Source: a virus
Taxonomy: Duplodnaviria > Heunggongvirae > Uroviricota > Caudoviricetes
DNA length: 62,194 nucleotides
IMG/VR virus record: IMGVR_UViG_3300036829_000172
Coordinates: 1-62,194 of that record
Strand: one strand, 5' to 3'
Each line of letters starts with the position of its first letter. Positions within the stretch are counted from its first letter, which is position 1. A program made the translations under genes and the position numbers. This document shows positions 9,586 through 19,803 of the stretch, piece after piece. The notes below the pieces were generated by a model. It did not search any database. It worked only from the letters and a program-made list of their open reading frames with translations, and had not been told where the DNA came from.

Positions 9586-10701
9586 TCATCGCGATCGCTT
9601 GTACCTTTGAGGAAGCATGGCCACGATGACGCCATTGGGATTGCTGTGACCGACAGTGAATGTAACTTCGGTCTTTGGTGGAATACTGAATATAAACCTA
9701 TTCTGGAACCTTAATTGAAGCGGGATGCTGCTGCTCGCAACACCCGACAGGAAGTAATTCAACACCTGCGATTGGCGGATCAAGTCGAAGATCAGGTTGG
9801 ACTTCGGGTCGTTGGCGGCGGTCAAAGTCCGCTGCCCAGGTTCGGTGTCGCACATGTAGGTGCCGACGTCGACCAGGGTCTGCGGCAGCACCACAAGCCG
9901 GTCTGAGGCGCCGTCCTGCACGATCCCCTGCCCGGGCGAGGACACGTAGTAGACGACGTAGGACGGCAAGTCGCCGGCGTTGGCGATCGGCAGGGTGCCC
10001 CAGTAGTAGTTGTCGGTGACCAGGCCGGGCGTGACGCCGGTGATCAGCGCGGGCGGCGGCGGTTTCGGTGTGAGGGTGGATGCGGCCTGGAAGGTGCGCA
10101 TCCGGTCGGGTTTGGTGAAGTAGGGCCGCGCCGCCAGCCACGTGATGTCCCACTGCGACGCGTTGTTGCCGAACATGGTGGAGTCGGCTTTCTGCGGGGT
10201 TCTCACCGTCTCGTCGGGGCGCACCGGGATCCACCGCCAGCCGCTGAACCGGGTGTACACGCCGAACCAGCCGTCGTTGGCTTCGTCTTGGCCCTGCCAC
10301 CAGTAGTCCTCGGCCATCCGGTACTGGTATTCGGTCATCGGTGGGGTGCCGCCGATGACGATGCCGAAGTTGAACTTCCGTTCCGGAATGTTCTGCCGCT
10401 CGATGGTGGCGCCGAAAATGTAGGGGCTGTTCGTCAGCACCTGGGTGAACGGCCACTGCTGGTCGCCGAACACCTGGGTGCACATCCGGGTCCCTTCAAT
10501 GCCCTTGTTGGGCCCGGCCAGGTTGTGCATGTGGTTGGACGGGTCGAGGTACACCATGTGGGTGTGCATGCCCTGCAGCCGCGGCGGCAGCTGCGCGAAC
10601 GGCAGCGGCGCCTCGAGGAACGGTGCGCGGCCCATCGCGGTGCTGAAGTTGCCCGGCGCCAGGACGGGCGTCGAGCCGGTGAAGTTGAGAACCTGGCTCA
10701 T
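9586..10701 (-). CDS. Distal tail (Dit)-like minor tail protein
   Basis: ATG 10701 overlaps tape measure stop; SGWRWIPVR motif; first gene after tape measure. Confidence 0.75.
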   Translation of the reverse strand: MSQVLNFTGSTPVLAPGNFSTAMGRAPFLEAPLPFAQLPPRLQGMHTHMVYLDPSNHMHNLAGPNKGIEGTRMCTQVFGDQQWPFTQVLTNSPYIFGATIERQNIPERKFNFGIVIGGTPPMTEYQYRMAEDYWWQGQDEANDGWFGVYTRFSGWRWIPVRPDETVRTPQKADSTMFGNNASQWDITWLAARPYFTKPDRMRTFQAASTLTPKPPPPALITGVTPGLVTDNYYWGTLPIANAGDLPSYVVYYVSSPGQGIVQDGASDRLVVLPQTLVDVGTYMCDTEPGQRTLTAANDPKSNLIFDLIRQSQVLNYFLSGVASSSIPLQLRFQNRFIFSIPPKTEVTFTVGHSNPNGVIVAMLPQRYKRSR

Positions 10702-13700
10702 CAGGGCAGCCCCTGCCCGCCGACCAGTTGCGGTGCGCCGGTCTGGTTCAAAGCGGTGGTGATACCCGCGGTGACCTGCGGCTGGGTCAACACATTGACG
10801 CCCTGCGGGTTGTAGTTGACGACCAGCCCGCCGCCGCCGTAGGAGGCGGGTGCGGCTCCGGGTGGCTGGTTGACGGGGGTTTGGGACTGCGGCACCGCCG
10901 CGGTCGCCGACGGCGGCGGCGGGCTGGTCAGGCCGGGGCTGGTGTTCGCGTTGCTGGTCAGGCCGGGCGCGCCGGGCGGCGGGACGTCGACCGACTGGCC
11001 GCCGGGCAGGGTGAACTTGCCGCCGGGCAGCGGCGTCCCTTTGGGGATCACGGCGATCGGCTTGCCGCCAGGGTCGACAAGCTGGATCGGGCTCTCGGCG
11101 ACGCGACCGTCGGCGGGACCGGGCGGGGTGCCCGTCGGCAGGTTGAAGTTCAGCGACGGCGACCCGCCGCCGGCCGGGCTTGGACCGAGCAGCGGGTTCT
11201 GCTGCCCGTCCTTGGGGAACAGCAGGCTCTTGGCGCCGGGCGCCAGACCGGACAGGATCGAGGCCAGCGGGCTGCCGCTCTGCTGGCCCGGCGCGCCCCC
11301 GGTGCCCGAACCCATGTTTTCCAGCAGGCCCAGCCCGTATCCGGCGACACCGCCGAGCAGCTTGGTGATGCCCCATTCGCTGAACGGCTTACCGAACACA
11401 TCAGGGAACCCGAACTCCTGGAAGATGCCTTTGACCAGCCCGTGGCCCAGCGCCTCAGCGTTCTGGTCGGGCTGCACGGCCTTCTGCGCCTTGGTGCTCT
11501 GCCACGGCGGCACGCCTTCGTCTTCGATGTTCTGGTTCTGCAGGTTGCGGGCTCGGCGGCGGTTCTCCTTCTCCACGGCGCTGTCAGCGGCAGCCGAGGC
11601 CCGGTCAGCGGTGATCGCCGCCTCCTTGGCCCGCTTGTAGTCGGGCAGGTTTTCGCGTTCCGCCTCGGTCAGGTTGGCGTACTGCTGCTGCATCTTCGCG
11701 TACGCGTCGTCGGCGTCCTTCTTGCGCTGCGCGGCGTCCGCCTGCGACGTGGTCAAGTTGTTGAGGTTCTCCTGATCGTCGGCGCCCTGATCGAGGCGGC
11801 TCTGGTACTTCATCAGCCACTGGTCGAACTTCTGCCGCTGCTCGGGCGTCATCAGCCCCACCTGATCGGGCGGCATGTCGGAGGTGAACTGGAACGGGCC
11901 CCACGGCGTTTGAACCGAGTTGGGGGTGCCCGGCGCGACCGGCGCCGGCCATCCGGACCCGGCGGGCGGGGGTATGTCGGTGAAGCTGCTGCCCGGCGCG
12001 GTGGGTTGACCAACTTGCGGCAAGCCGGGGGCGCCGGGAGTAGCGCCGCCGCCGCCGCCACCGCCACCACCACCACCGCCGCCGGTGAAGTCGGCCAAGC
12101 TGAAACCGGTGGTGCCCAGGTTGGGGTCCTGCGCGCCGACCGGGTAGTAGAACTCGTTACCCAACGACGACGGGTCAGTCGAAATGTTGCCGTACTTGAT
12201 GGTGTTGTCGGATCCGCCGGACTCGATGAACGTGCCGTTCGGCAGCTGAGCCACGATGTGACCCGCGTCGCCCTTGAGCGGACGCACCCACACCCGGAAC
12301 GATCCGGGCGGTCCCGCGCCGCGGATGAACCCGAACTGCGACGCCGATTCATCGGAGGCGAAAGCGGTGGTGTCGAAGTGCCGGCCAGGGCCGGCGCCGG
12401 TCATCACACCCCACACCGAGGACACGTAGCCCGAACAGTCGAGGTAGGAGTCGGCGTTGTACTGGGCACCGTTGAGGAACGACGCCCACGACTCAGCTTC
12501 CGCGACCGAGCCGCCGCCCTGTCTGCTGAGCATGCCGCTGTTGATGGCGTGCAGGAGGGGCAAGTTGCGCATCGCGACGCCCGGCGGGACGAGCCGCTCA
12601 CCGACCTCAAGTAGCGTCGGGATGTGCGGGCCGCCGCCGCCGCCGGCGCCGGAGCTCATCACCTCGTCCAGCAGCCCGCGGTGCCGGTGCGCCATGTTGC
12701 GGTTGACGACGAACGTGCCGGACGGCAGGTCCATCGGGACGCTGTCACGGCCCGGCCACCACTGGCCCTCCACATGCCCGCCGGTTTGGCGGCCGAGCAG
12801 CCCACCCGCCTGGTTCCGGAACGGGTCCTGATAAAGGCCGGGCAAGAATTCACGCACCGGCCCGTACATCTCGCCGACGATTTCGTGCAGATCGTCCCAG
12901 TTATCCCAGCCCGGCGGCGGCTCGGGAACGTGGTGTCGGCCAGTCGACAGCGGGCCGCCGGTCTGGTGCGGCTGGATGCTGCTGAGGAAGCTCGCGAGAT
13001 TGACCGCGTGCAGGTACTCCTGAAGCGAGCCGTACATGCTCGGCTTGATCGGAGAAAAGGGGTTCGGATCGTCGGGGCCCTCATACCAGGGGGCCTCAGC
13101 GAACCCGCCGCGCTGCATGTGCGGCAGCTGCCGCGACGGGATCAGATACCACTTGTCGGTGAACATCGAATCGGTCGGGCTTTTCGCGTCGCCGCCGTAC
13201 CGGACCCCGCCGTTCGGCAGGCCCGGCGCCGGCCGGCTCGACGCCTCGACCGCAACCCCGTTGGGCAGCCGAAGAACAGTGTGCCCGCCGCCGGCGCTGT
13301 AGTTCTCGAACCCCACCTGGATCGACCCGGCCGGTCCGATCCCAGGTTTGAACCCGCGCGCCGCCAGCCATGAGCCTTCGTTGCCGGTGTACATGCTGCC
13401 CGGGCCGCCGCCGTGGCCGGGCGCCGCGTCGCCGAGGTAGTCGGCGATCAGCTTGCCGACCAGCGCGGAGCAGTCGATGCCGCCGCCGCCGGTGGCGCCC
13501 CAGGCGTACGGAGCGCCGCCCATGCTTTGGGCGAGCTGCTGCATCCCGCGCACATGCGGATCCACCGGCATCGGAACCAATGGGTCGCCGATCGACCCGC
13601 CGGTCTGCTTGAACGCCGTGAACAAAGGATGCTGACCCATATCCGGGAACGGCATGAAACTCGACCTGCGCTGGCCCGATGGATTCAATGAGCCTGGCAC

Positions 13701-16700
13701 CCAAGCGTTTTCAGCATCGGGATACAGGTCGTACAAACCGTGCGGTGTCCCACGTGTATAGAGCGGGTTTTGACCGACCGTCGACGGATCGATATAGCCA
13801 GGGTCGCCTGGTGCCGCCCAGTTCGGGTCCAGCTTGAAACCGCCGCCGCCGCCAAGGAATCCACCGGTTTGCGCGGTCATGACATCGGGGTTGTTGGCGA
13901 GCTGCTGGTAGAGCTGCTGAGCCTGCTGCAGTTTGGACTGGATCTCGGTCATGTACTCGCGCCGTGCGCGCGGCGCGTCGTACGGTTTGCCCTGCTGCAA
14001 CGCGAAGATCTGCCCCCAAATATCGGAGCCAGGCGCGCCGAGCCGGTCGAAAAACGCCCTGATGTTCGTGGAGGCTTGGTCACGGCCCGGATAGGAGGTG
14101 TCCTGCTGGAAGATGCCGTGCCACGCCCCGCCGCCGCCCCGCTGGCTTTGATCAAGCCCGGATTCCTGCAGCCCGGTAGACAACACGGCCGTGATTTGTT
14201 CCGGGCTGAAACCGCGGGCCCTGGCCTCGTTGATGATCATCGACGCGGCCTGGGCCTGCGACGGGCTCGCACCGCCCGGTGCCCCGCCCATGCTGTCGGG
14301 GAACTGGCCGCCGAACTGCTGCTGGAACTTGTCCCACATGCTGCCGCCGCCAGCGAACTTGACGCTGCCCGGCGCACCCGGCGCACCGGGCCCGCCGGTG
14401 GGCATGCTGAACGACACATCAAGCACGACACCGTCAGCGCCCTGATTCTGCGAAGGGATGCCGACCGACTCCATCAGCTCGCCGACCGTCTTGCGATCCG
14501 GCGTGTCCTTCACGTCCAAACCGGTCGGCAACAGCACACCGGGAGACGCGCCTTCGACGTCGCCTTGCAGCTTGGTCGGGATACCGGCGCGGTCCATCAC
14601 GTCATTGGCCGTCAGGTTGTTCGGCATTCTGACGTCCAGACCGGCGGGCAGCACCACCCCGTTCGGTGACTGGTAGTCGGCGGGGATTCCGGCGGATCCC
14701 ATCACCGCGCCGGGTGGCTGATTCGCCGACGCCGGCTGAATCGTCACCTGACCGGGGATCTGCACATAACCCGACGGGTGCACCGGCAGCGGCACACCCC
14801 CCGGGAGAAGGAGCGGCCCGCCCGGGGAGGCCGAACCCGGCGGGGCCGGCGGCTGGCCGGGGACACCGAGGATGGTGGGCAGATCACCCGGCGTCACCGG
14901 CACACCAGCCGGCGGCGACACCGCACCCGGAATGACCGGCACATGCACCTCGGACGGCAAACCCAGCTTCTGCTTGGCCTCGTCCTCCGACATCCGCGGA
15001 CGCTCATCGACGCCGATCTTCAGCTTCGGCGCGATGTCCTTATCGAACGCGTCCTGCCCGAACTTCTCGATCAGATACTCTTTGAGCCGATCAGCTTCAA
15101 CCTCGGTGTCGGCGGTGAATCCCTTCACGATCCCGGTGATCGGGTCGACATCCATGTGGATGCCGACCTGACGCAGCTGCTCGGTGACCGCGGCCAGCAT
15201 GCCCGGCGTCTTCGGGTCGGTCAGCAGCTTGAGACCCTCGTCGATCTCAGGGGCGAACACGTCCTGCAGCGCGGGCTTCTCCTCGCCCTTACCGAACGTC
15301 GTCTGAAACGCCTCGTTGAGCTTGGCCATGTCCGCGCGTTTCTGCACGATCGCGTCGAGCGCGGGCAACGAACCGGTCGCTTTCTTACCGGCGTCCTCCA
15401 GGCCGCTACCCAAATCCTTCAACGCGGGCGCAAAGTCCAGCTTCTGCAGCGCGTTCAGCGGGATGGTGGCGTCCTTCAAGTCGCTGGCCAGCTGCTTGAA
15501 CATGTCGCCGCCCAGCCACGACGGCAGGTGCGACAGCATCTGCAACTGCGACCCGATCACCACGTCGATGTCTTTGAGTACGGCGACGATGAAGTTCTTG
15601 AACGTGTTGATCGCCGGAGCGGCAGCCACCAGCGTCGCGCCCATATCGGTGGCGAACCTGCCGAAAAACCGGACCACCGCTTCCAGCAGCTGCCCGCCCC
15701 ACTCGATGAGCTTGTCCTGGTTTTCCTGCAGCCACGCCCGGACGTGGTCAGACGCCTGGGTCAGCCCTTCGATGACCGGCATACCGATGTTGCCCAGCGC
15801 CGCCTTCAGCTGATTCGACAGCTGCTCCAGCGCGTCGCCCATAGTTCGGGTTTTCTCAAGAGCCTCATCAAGGGGCTCATGCAACCCGACCATCGCGTTC
15901 TTCGCCCTCTCGACATTGTCGGGAGTGTCGACGATGCCCTTGTTGATCGCGTCGACGATCGTGACAGCCGACCGCGAAGACCCGGTGAAGTTCGTCATGT
16001 ACTGCACGGCGGCGTCGTGCTGACCGGCCTCTTCGAGCCGTTTCACACCGTCGACGACTTCTCCGATACCGACGCCGATCTTGTGGGCGCGTACCTCAAC
16101 CTGCGGCCACGCGAACGACAACCGCTCCATCGACGGCTTGCCGAGCTCCTGGTTCATCCGGCCCATCATGAAAGACGACTGGTCCAGCGAAAATCCCAAA
16201 CCCATCAAGGCCGGCGCGGCGGCGTCCAACGCCTGAGTGATGTCGTTGATGCTCGCCCCGGTCCCGCGGGACAGGTTGATCAGGAACGTCAACTCTTGAT
16301 TGGTCTGCTCAGCCGGAATGTTGAAGTCGTTGAACGCCGCCGTCATGTTGTCGACGTTGATCTTCATGCCGCCGAGCAGCTCATCACCCTGAGCCAACGT
16401 GGTCGTCAGCTCCCGCAGCTGGATCATGCTCAGCGGCTCGCCGCCGAGTCCGTGCAGCCGCTGCGCCAGCTCACCGACCGATTCGGAGATGTCGTCGAAG
16501 TGCACCAGCGCGCCTGAGGCGGCAATGTCATTGAGCACACTCAGGTACGATTCGAGGTTCTCGGTTTGCAGGGTCTGCCCGACGATCTTTCGGGCCGCTT
16601 CCTCCCACTGGTTACCGATCTCCATGATGATGTTGAGGTATTCGCCGCCGAGCTGCTTGAACTCGTCGAAAACCCCGAATGTGGCCGAGATCGCGGAGTT

Positions 16701-17735
16701 CGCGACGTCCATCGCACCTTTGAACGCTTGACCGATGATCGGGATCCTGCCGACCGTGTTGTCGATCTCGGTGCTGACCAGGTTCAACGGCGCCGTGATC
16801 CCGACTTTCACGCCCTGCTCGAGGACAGTGAGACCGCCGACGATGTCGGGCATCTTTCCTTGCAAGACGTTCTCGAAGCCGCCCATCAGCGCTTCAGCAC
16901 CGGACTTGCCGACCTGCGCGAACTGCGAAACCTCAGTGTCGACGAGCCGCACGACGTTCTTCACATCGCTGACCAGCATTTCCCCGCCGACCAGCACCGC
17001 GCCGACCAGACCGGCCTTGATCAACGCCCCCGACGCCGCCATGCCCTTCGCCAGCTGCGCATTCATGTTCGCGGCGATCGACTCCATCGTCGGACGCAGC
17101 TCACCGCCGAGCCTGTCGGTCTCCTCTTTGAGCGCCGTCCGGTACATCTGGCCGTAGTTGCGGCCGTGCGCGCTACCAGCCTCACGGGACAGCCGGCCCA
17201 GCTCGCCGGGAAGCAGGCTCGACATGACGTTCAGCAGCGCACCCGACGAAGACTTGACGCCCGCACCCATCGAGTCGGCCAGCGCCTGGCTCGACAGCCT
17301 GCCGATATTGCTGAACTGCTTCGTCCACTGCGGCAGCATCGCCGCGAACGGATCCGCAGAGATGGCCATGCTCTCAGCCATCGCCGTCTGGATCTCTTTA
17401 CGCCACGCCGCGGAGGCCGTACGGCCAGCCGAACCGAACTTCGCCGTCAACGCCGGCAGCTGCGCCCCGAACGGATCCAGGTTGTACGCCATCGCGGCTT
17501 GGATCTCTTTCCGCCACGCAGCGCCAGCCTCACGAGCGCCGGCGCCCAGCCGCGTCGTCAATCCTGGCAGGACCGCTTCGAAGCCGGTCATAATCTGGGG
17601 TGCGGCAGCGTTGAACGCCTTCGACATCCCGGCAGCAGCCTCGGTTCCAGCCCCGATCAACTGCTGCCGGATACCGGCAGCACTCGCGGCAACATCAATC
17701 CAGCTGACGCCTTCGCCTGCACCCGGCGCGGTCAT
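10701..17735 (-). CDS. Tape measure protein with lysozyme-like and two NlpC/P60-like domains
   Basis: 2344 aa, Ala/Gly helical N-half, follows tail chaperones; LQESGL..GIFQQ, PYAWG..DCS..GHT, LDCSG..GHI. Confidence 0.92.
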   Translation of the reverse strand: MTAPGAGEGVSWIDVAASAAGIRQQLIGAGTEAAAGMSKAFNAAAPQIMTGFEAVLPGLTTRLGAGAREAGAAWRKEIQAAMAYNLDPFGAQLPALTAKFGSAGRTASAAWRKEIQTAMAESMAISADPFAAMLPQWTKQFSNIGRLSSQALADSMGAGVKSSSGALLNVMSSLLPGELGRLSREAGSAHGRNYGQMYRTALKEETDRLGGELRPTMESIAANMNAQLAKGMAASGALIKAGLVGAVLVGGEMLVSDVKNVVRLVDTEVSQFAQVGKSGAEALMGGFENVLQGKMPDIVGGLTVLEQGVKVGITAPLNLVSTEIDNTVGRIPIIGQAFKGAMDVANSAISATFGVFDEFKQLGGEYLNIIMEIGNQWEEAARKIVGQTLQTENLESYLSVLNDIAASGALVHFDDISESVGELAQRLHGLGGEPLSMIQLRELTTTLAQGDELLGGMKINVDNMTAAFNDFNIPAEQTNQELTFLINLSRGTGASINDITQALDAAAPALMGLGFSLDQSSFMMGRMNQELGKPSMERLSFAWPQVEVRAHKIGVGIGEVVDGVKRLEEAGQHDAAVQYMTNFTGSSRSAVTIVDAINKGIVDTPDNVERAKNAMVGLHEPLDEALEKTRTMGDALEQLSNQLKAALGNIGMPVIEGLTQASDHVRAWLQENQDKLIEWGGQLLEAVVRFFGRFATDMGATLVAAAPAINTFKNFIVAVLKDIDVVIGSQLQMLSHLPSWLGGDMFKQLASDLKDATIPLNALQKLDFAPALKDLGSGLEDAGKKATGSLPALDAIVQKRADMAKLNEAFQTTFGKGEEKPALQDVFAPEIDEGLKLLTDPKTPGMLAAVTEQLRQVGIHMDVDPITGIVKGFTADTEVEADRLKEYLIEKFGQDAFDKDIAPKLKIGVDERPRMSEDEAKQKLGLPSEVHVPVIPGAVSPPAGVPVTPGDLPTILGVPGQPPAPPGSASPGGPLLLPGGVPLPVHPSGYVQIPGQVTIQPASANQPPGAVMGSAGIPADYQSPNGVVLPAGLDVRMPNNLTANDVMDRAGIPTKLQGDVEGASPGVLLPTGLDVKDTPDRKTVGELMESVGIPSQNQGADGVVLDVSFSMPTGGPGAPGAPGSVKFAGGGSMWDKFQQQFGGQFPDSMGGAPGGASPSQAQAASMIINEARARGFSPEQITAVLSTGLQESGLDQSQRGGGGAWHGIFQQDTSYPGRDQASTNIRAFFDRLGAPGSDIWGQIFALQQGKPYDAPRARREYMTEIQSKLQQAQQLYQQLANNPDVMTAQTGGFLGGGGGFKLDPNWAAPGDPGYIDPSTVGQNPLYTRGTPHGLYDLYPDAENAWVPGSLNPSGQRRSSFMPFPDMGQHPLFTAFKQTGGSIGDPLVPMPVDPHVRGMQQLAQSMGGAPYAWGATGGGGIDCSALVGKLIADYLGDAAPGHGGGPGSMYTGNEGSWLAARGFKPGIGPAGSIQVGFENYSAGGGHTVLRLPNGVAVEASSRPAPGLPNGGVRYGGDAKSPTDSMFTDKWYLIPSRQLPHMQRGGFAEAPWYEGPDDPNPFSPIKPSMYGSLQEYLHAVNLASFLSSIQPHQTGGPLSTGRHHVPEPPPGWDNWDDLHEIVGEMYGPVREFLPGLYQDPFRNQAGGLLGRQTGGHVEGQWWPGRDSVPMDLPSGTFVVNRNMAHRHRGLLDEVMSSGAGGGGGPHIPTLLEVGERLVPPGVAMRNLPLLHAINSGMLSRQGGGSVAEAESWASFLNGAQYNADSYLDCSGYVSSVWGVMTGAGPGRHFDTTAFASDESASQFGFIRGAGPPGSFRVWVRPLKGDAGHIVAQLPNGTFIESGGSDNTIKYGNISTDPSSLGNEFYYPVGAQDPNLGTTGFSLADFTGGGGGGGGGGGGGATPGAPGLPQVGQPTAPGSSFTDIPPPAGSGWPAPVAPGTPNSVQTPWGPFQFTSDMPPDQVGLMTPEQRQKFDQWLMKYQSRLDQGADDQENLNNLTTSQADAAQRKKDADDAYAKMQQQYANLTEAERENLPDYKRAKEAAITADRASAAADSAVEKENRRRARNLQNQNIEDEGVPPWQSTKAQKAVQPDQNAEALGHGLVKGIFQEFGFPDVFGKPFSEWGITKLLGGVAGYGLGLLENMGSGTGGAPGQQSGSPLASILSGLAPGAKSLLFPKDGQQNPLLGPSPAGGGSPSLNFNLPTGTPPGPADGRVAESPIQLVDPGGKPIAVIPKGTPLPGGKFTLPGGQSVDVPPPGAPGLTSNANTSPGLTSPPPPSATAAVPQSQTPVNQPPGAAPASYGGGGLVVNYNPQGVNVLTQPQVTAGITTALNQTGAPQLVGGQGLP

Positions 17736-18181
17736 GACGCCACACCGTTGGCTGCGTTAACCGAACGCGACGCCGACAACGCCCGGCTGCGCACCGGCCC
17801 GGCCGGTTTGAACTCGCCGGAGTAGCGTTTCGCGTCGCGGCGCTCAGCCTCCTCCCACGGCAGCGCGTCAGCCTGGAAGAAGCCTTTCTGCTCGTGCACA
17901 CGGTCATCGAGGCCCGGCCGCGGATAACCGCCGGCAGGCAGCTTCGCCACCCCGGCGCCCATCTCCTGCATATTCGCGAGCAGGTGATCGGTCCGCGACC
18001 AGCCGCCGTCAAGGAAGTACCGCACACTCGAGGTCGGCGTAGCACCGACAACGATCGACACCATGTCCCTCAGCGTCAGGGTGGTAAGAATGTCGTCCTC
18101 GCGGTATCCCAACGCCAAGACGTCACGAACGAGGAAATGCCAACACTCGCCTACCACGCGTGTCAGCATCAGGATTCCCCC
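17732..18181 (-). CDS. Tail assembly chaperone, -1 frameshift extension (gpGT-like)
   Basis: -1 frame from GGGGGAA reads GGILMLTR...GGWSRTDHLLANM; ends overlapping tape measure start. Confidence 0.85.
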   Translation of the reverse strand, partial: GGILMLTRVVGECWHFLVRDVLALGYREDDILTTLTLRDMVSIVVGATPTSSVRYFLDGGWSRTDHLLANMQEMGAGVAKLPAGGYPRPGLDDRVHEQKGFFQADALPWEEAERRDAKRYSGEFKPAGPVRSRALSASRSVNAANGVAS

Positions 18182-18693
18182 GGCGGTGTCACCCCCTGCG
18201 GCTGCCGCAGCGCCAGACCAGCGAACCAGCCCTCCACACAGCCGGCCTGCTCCTCGTCGGACAGCATCCACACCCGCCGGCCGATACTGTCGGGGACCCC
18301 GGCCTGGTCCATCCATGCGAAACATTGGTGCAGCTGGTCCTTGTGGCGGTTGTCGTACAGGAACAGCGCCGTCGGCTGACATGTGCTGATATGCGGCAAC
18401 ACGATCGGCGACCCCTGCCGCGGCCGGAACACGTACACCTTCATGTCGCCGTACGGATGCTCGGGCACCTCGGCTTCCGGTGCACGGTCCGGCACCGGGT
18501 TGGTGGGAGGAACAAACGGTGTCGCGTACGGCGCCGCACCGCCTGAGCCGCCCCCGCCCGGCTGCGGCGGCGACACCACCTCCAGCGGGACCGAACCGTT
18601 ACCGTTACCGTTCGGGCTGGCCTTGGTGCGGGTCGCCGCCTTACGTGGCGCGGTCCCCTTACGGGGGGCCCGACGCTTAGCGGCGGTGGTCAC
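18169..18693 (-). CDS. Tail assembly chaperone (gpG-like)
   Basis: Between major tail and tape measure; ends PPGES* at slippery site. Confidence 0.85.
   Translation of the reverse strand: MTTAAKRRAPRKGTAPRKAATRTKASPNGNGNGSVPLEVVSPPQPGGGGSGGAAPYATPFVPPTNPVPDRAPEAEVPEHPYGDMKVYVFRPRQGSPIVLPHISTCQPTALFLYDNRHKDQLHQCFAWMDQAGVPDSIGRRVWMLSDEEQAGCVEGWFAGLALRQPQGVTPPGES
18175..18181 (-). other. Programmed -1 frameshift slippery sequence GGGGGAA
   Basis: CCG GGG GAA TCC TGA joins the two chaperone frames. Confidence 0.85.
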
Positions 18694-19289
18694 AGCGGCA
18701 CCCCGTCACACCAGTACTCGTAGGCGTGGTTGTTGAGGTCGTCGGGGAACGGGCGCAGCGTCAAGTCGAACGCCGCCAACTCCTTGTGCACCCACTTCAT
18801 CGGCCCGACGAGGGTGACACGCCCGATCGGCACCACGAACCGCATCGTCATCGCCATGTAGTAGGCGTCGATCACCCACGACGCGTACGGCAGCAGCTGA
18901 GCGTTCATCTTCGCGGCGATCACCGTGCCGTGGGTGGCGGTCGGCGGGGTGACGGTGACGTTGTCGTCGCCGTGCGCCGCCTCCTGCACGTCAGCGTTCA
19001 TGATCTGCAGCAGCTTGAACTTCAACGTGATCCCGTATTTGTCCTGCAAGATCGCGATCAGGTCACCGCCCCAGTCGTTGACCTCGGTGTTTGGTCGGTC
19101 CTCGGTGCGGTCCACACCGTCGACCGACACCCGCCCGAGGGTGACGAACGCCGGATCAAGCGGGGTGTACGGATCGGTGGGAAGCGGAGTGCCCAGCGGG
19201 GCACGCAGCACGCCGCCAGTCACCTTGGGACTGGGCGCGGCGATCTCTTGGGTCTGGCTGATGATGGTGGGCGGAACAACGGTCGTCAT
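18690..19289 (-). CDS. Major tail protein
   Basis: APLGTPLPTD...FVTLGRVSVDG...WGGD motif; GGAGGA RBS. Confidence 0.9.
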   Translation of the reverse strand: MTTVVPPTIISQTQEIAAPSPKVTGGVLRAPLGTPLPTDPYTPLDPAFVTLGRVSVDGVDRTEDRPNTEVNDWGGDLIAILQDKYGITLKFKLLQIMNADVQEAAHGDDNVTVTPPTATHGTVIAAKMNAQLLPYASWVIDAYYMAMTMRFVVPIGRVTLVGPMKWVHKELAAFDLTLRPFPDDLNNHAYEYWCDGVPL

Positions 19290-19416
19290 CGCAGGTCCTC
19301 CAAGTTGTCAGGGCGAGACGGACAACCCGAAGGTTCACAGAGCACCCGGCGCTCAGATGTGCGACACACCGCCGAAAATGCAGGTCAGATCGGTAAACCG
19401 ACAGTTATGTAGCACC

Positions 19417-19803
19417 ATGCAGGTCAACTGCTGCGTGCCTGGCTGCCCAAAACCGGTGTTCCGGTTCGGCATGTGCCGCATGCACTACGACCGCGCGCAA
19501 CGCTACGGCGGCCCCGGCCCGCCCGGCATGATCGGCAAACGCGCCCCACTGCCCGAACGCTTCGCCAACAACGTCCAAATCAACGGGCCCACACTGACCA
19601 CCACCCTGGGCCCGTGCTCGGTGTGGACCGGCTACGTGCACGCCCGCGGCTACGGCGCGATCCGCTCAGGGCACCGACTGATCTACGTGCACCGCTACGC
19701 CTACGAACAGGCGTACGGGCCGATCCCGCCCGGCCGCTGCGTCACCCAGATCTGCCGCAACAAACTGTGCGTACGCGTCGAGCACCTAACGCTTCGCAGC
19801 TGA
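19417..19803 (+). CDS. Degenerate HNH-family protein with N-terminal Zn finger
   Basis: CVPGC..GMCRMHY; CSVWTG..GYG..VHRYAYE..GPIP; expected catalytic DH reads TQ. Confidence 0.7.
   Translation: MQVNCCVPGCPKPVFRFGMCRMHYDRAQRYGGPGPPGMIGKRAPLPERFANNVQINGPTLTTTLGPCSVWTGYVHARGYGAIRSGHRLIYVHRYAYEQAYGPIPPGRCVTQICRNKLCVRVEHLTLRS

Noticed and set aside
3160-17825. Long + strand ORFs (e.g. 3160-5037, 10728-12614, 14778-16517)
   Set aside because: Antisense shadows of GC-rich tail genes; Arg/His-rich nonsense composition.
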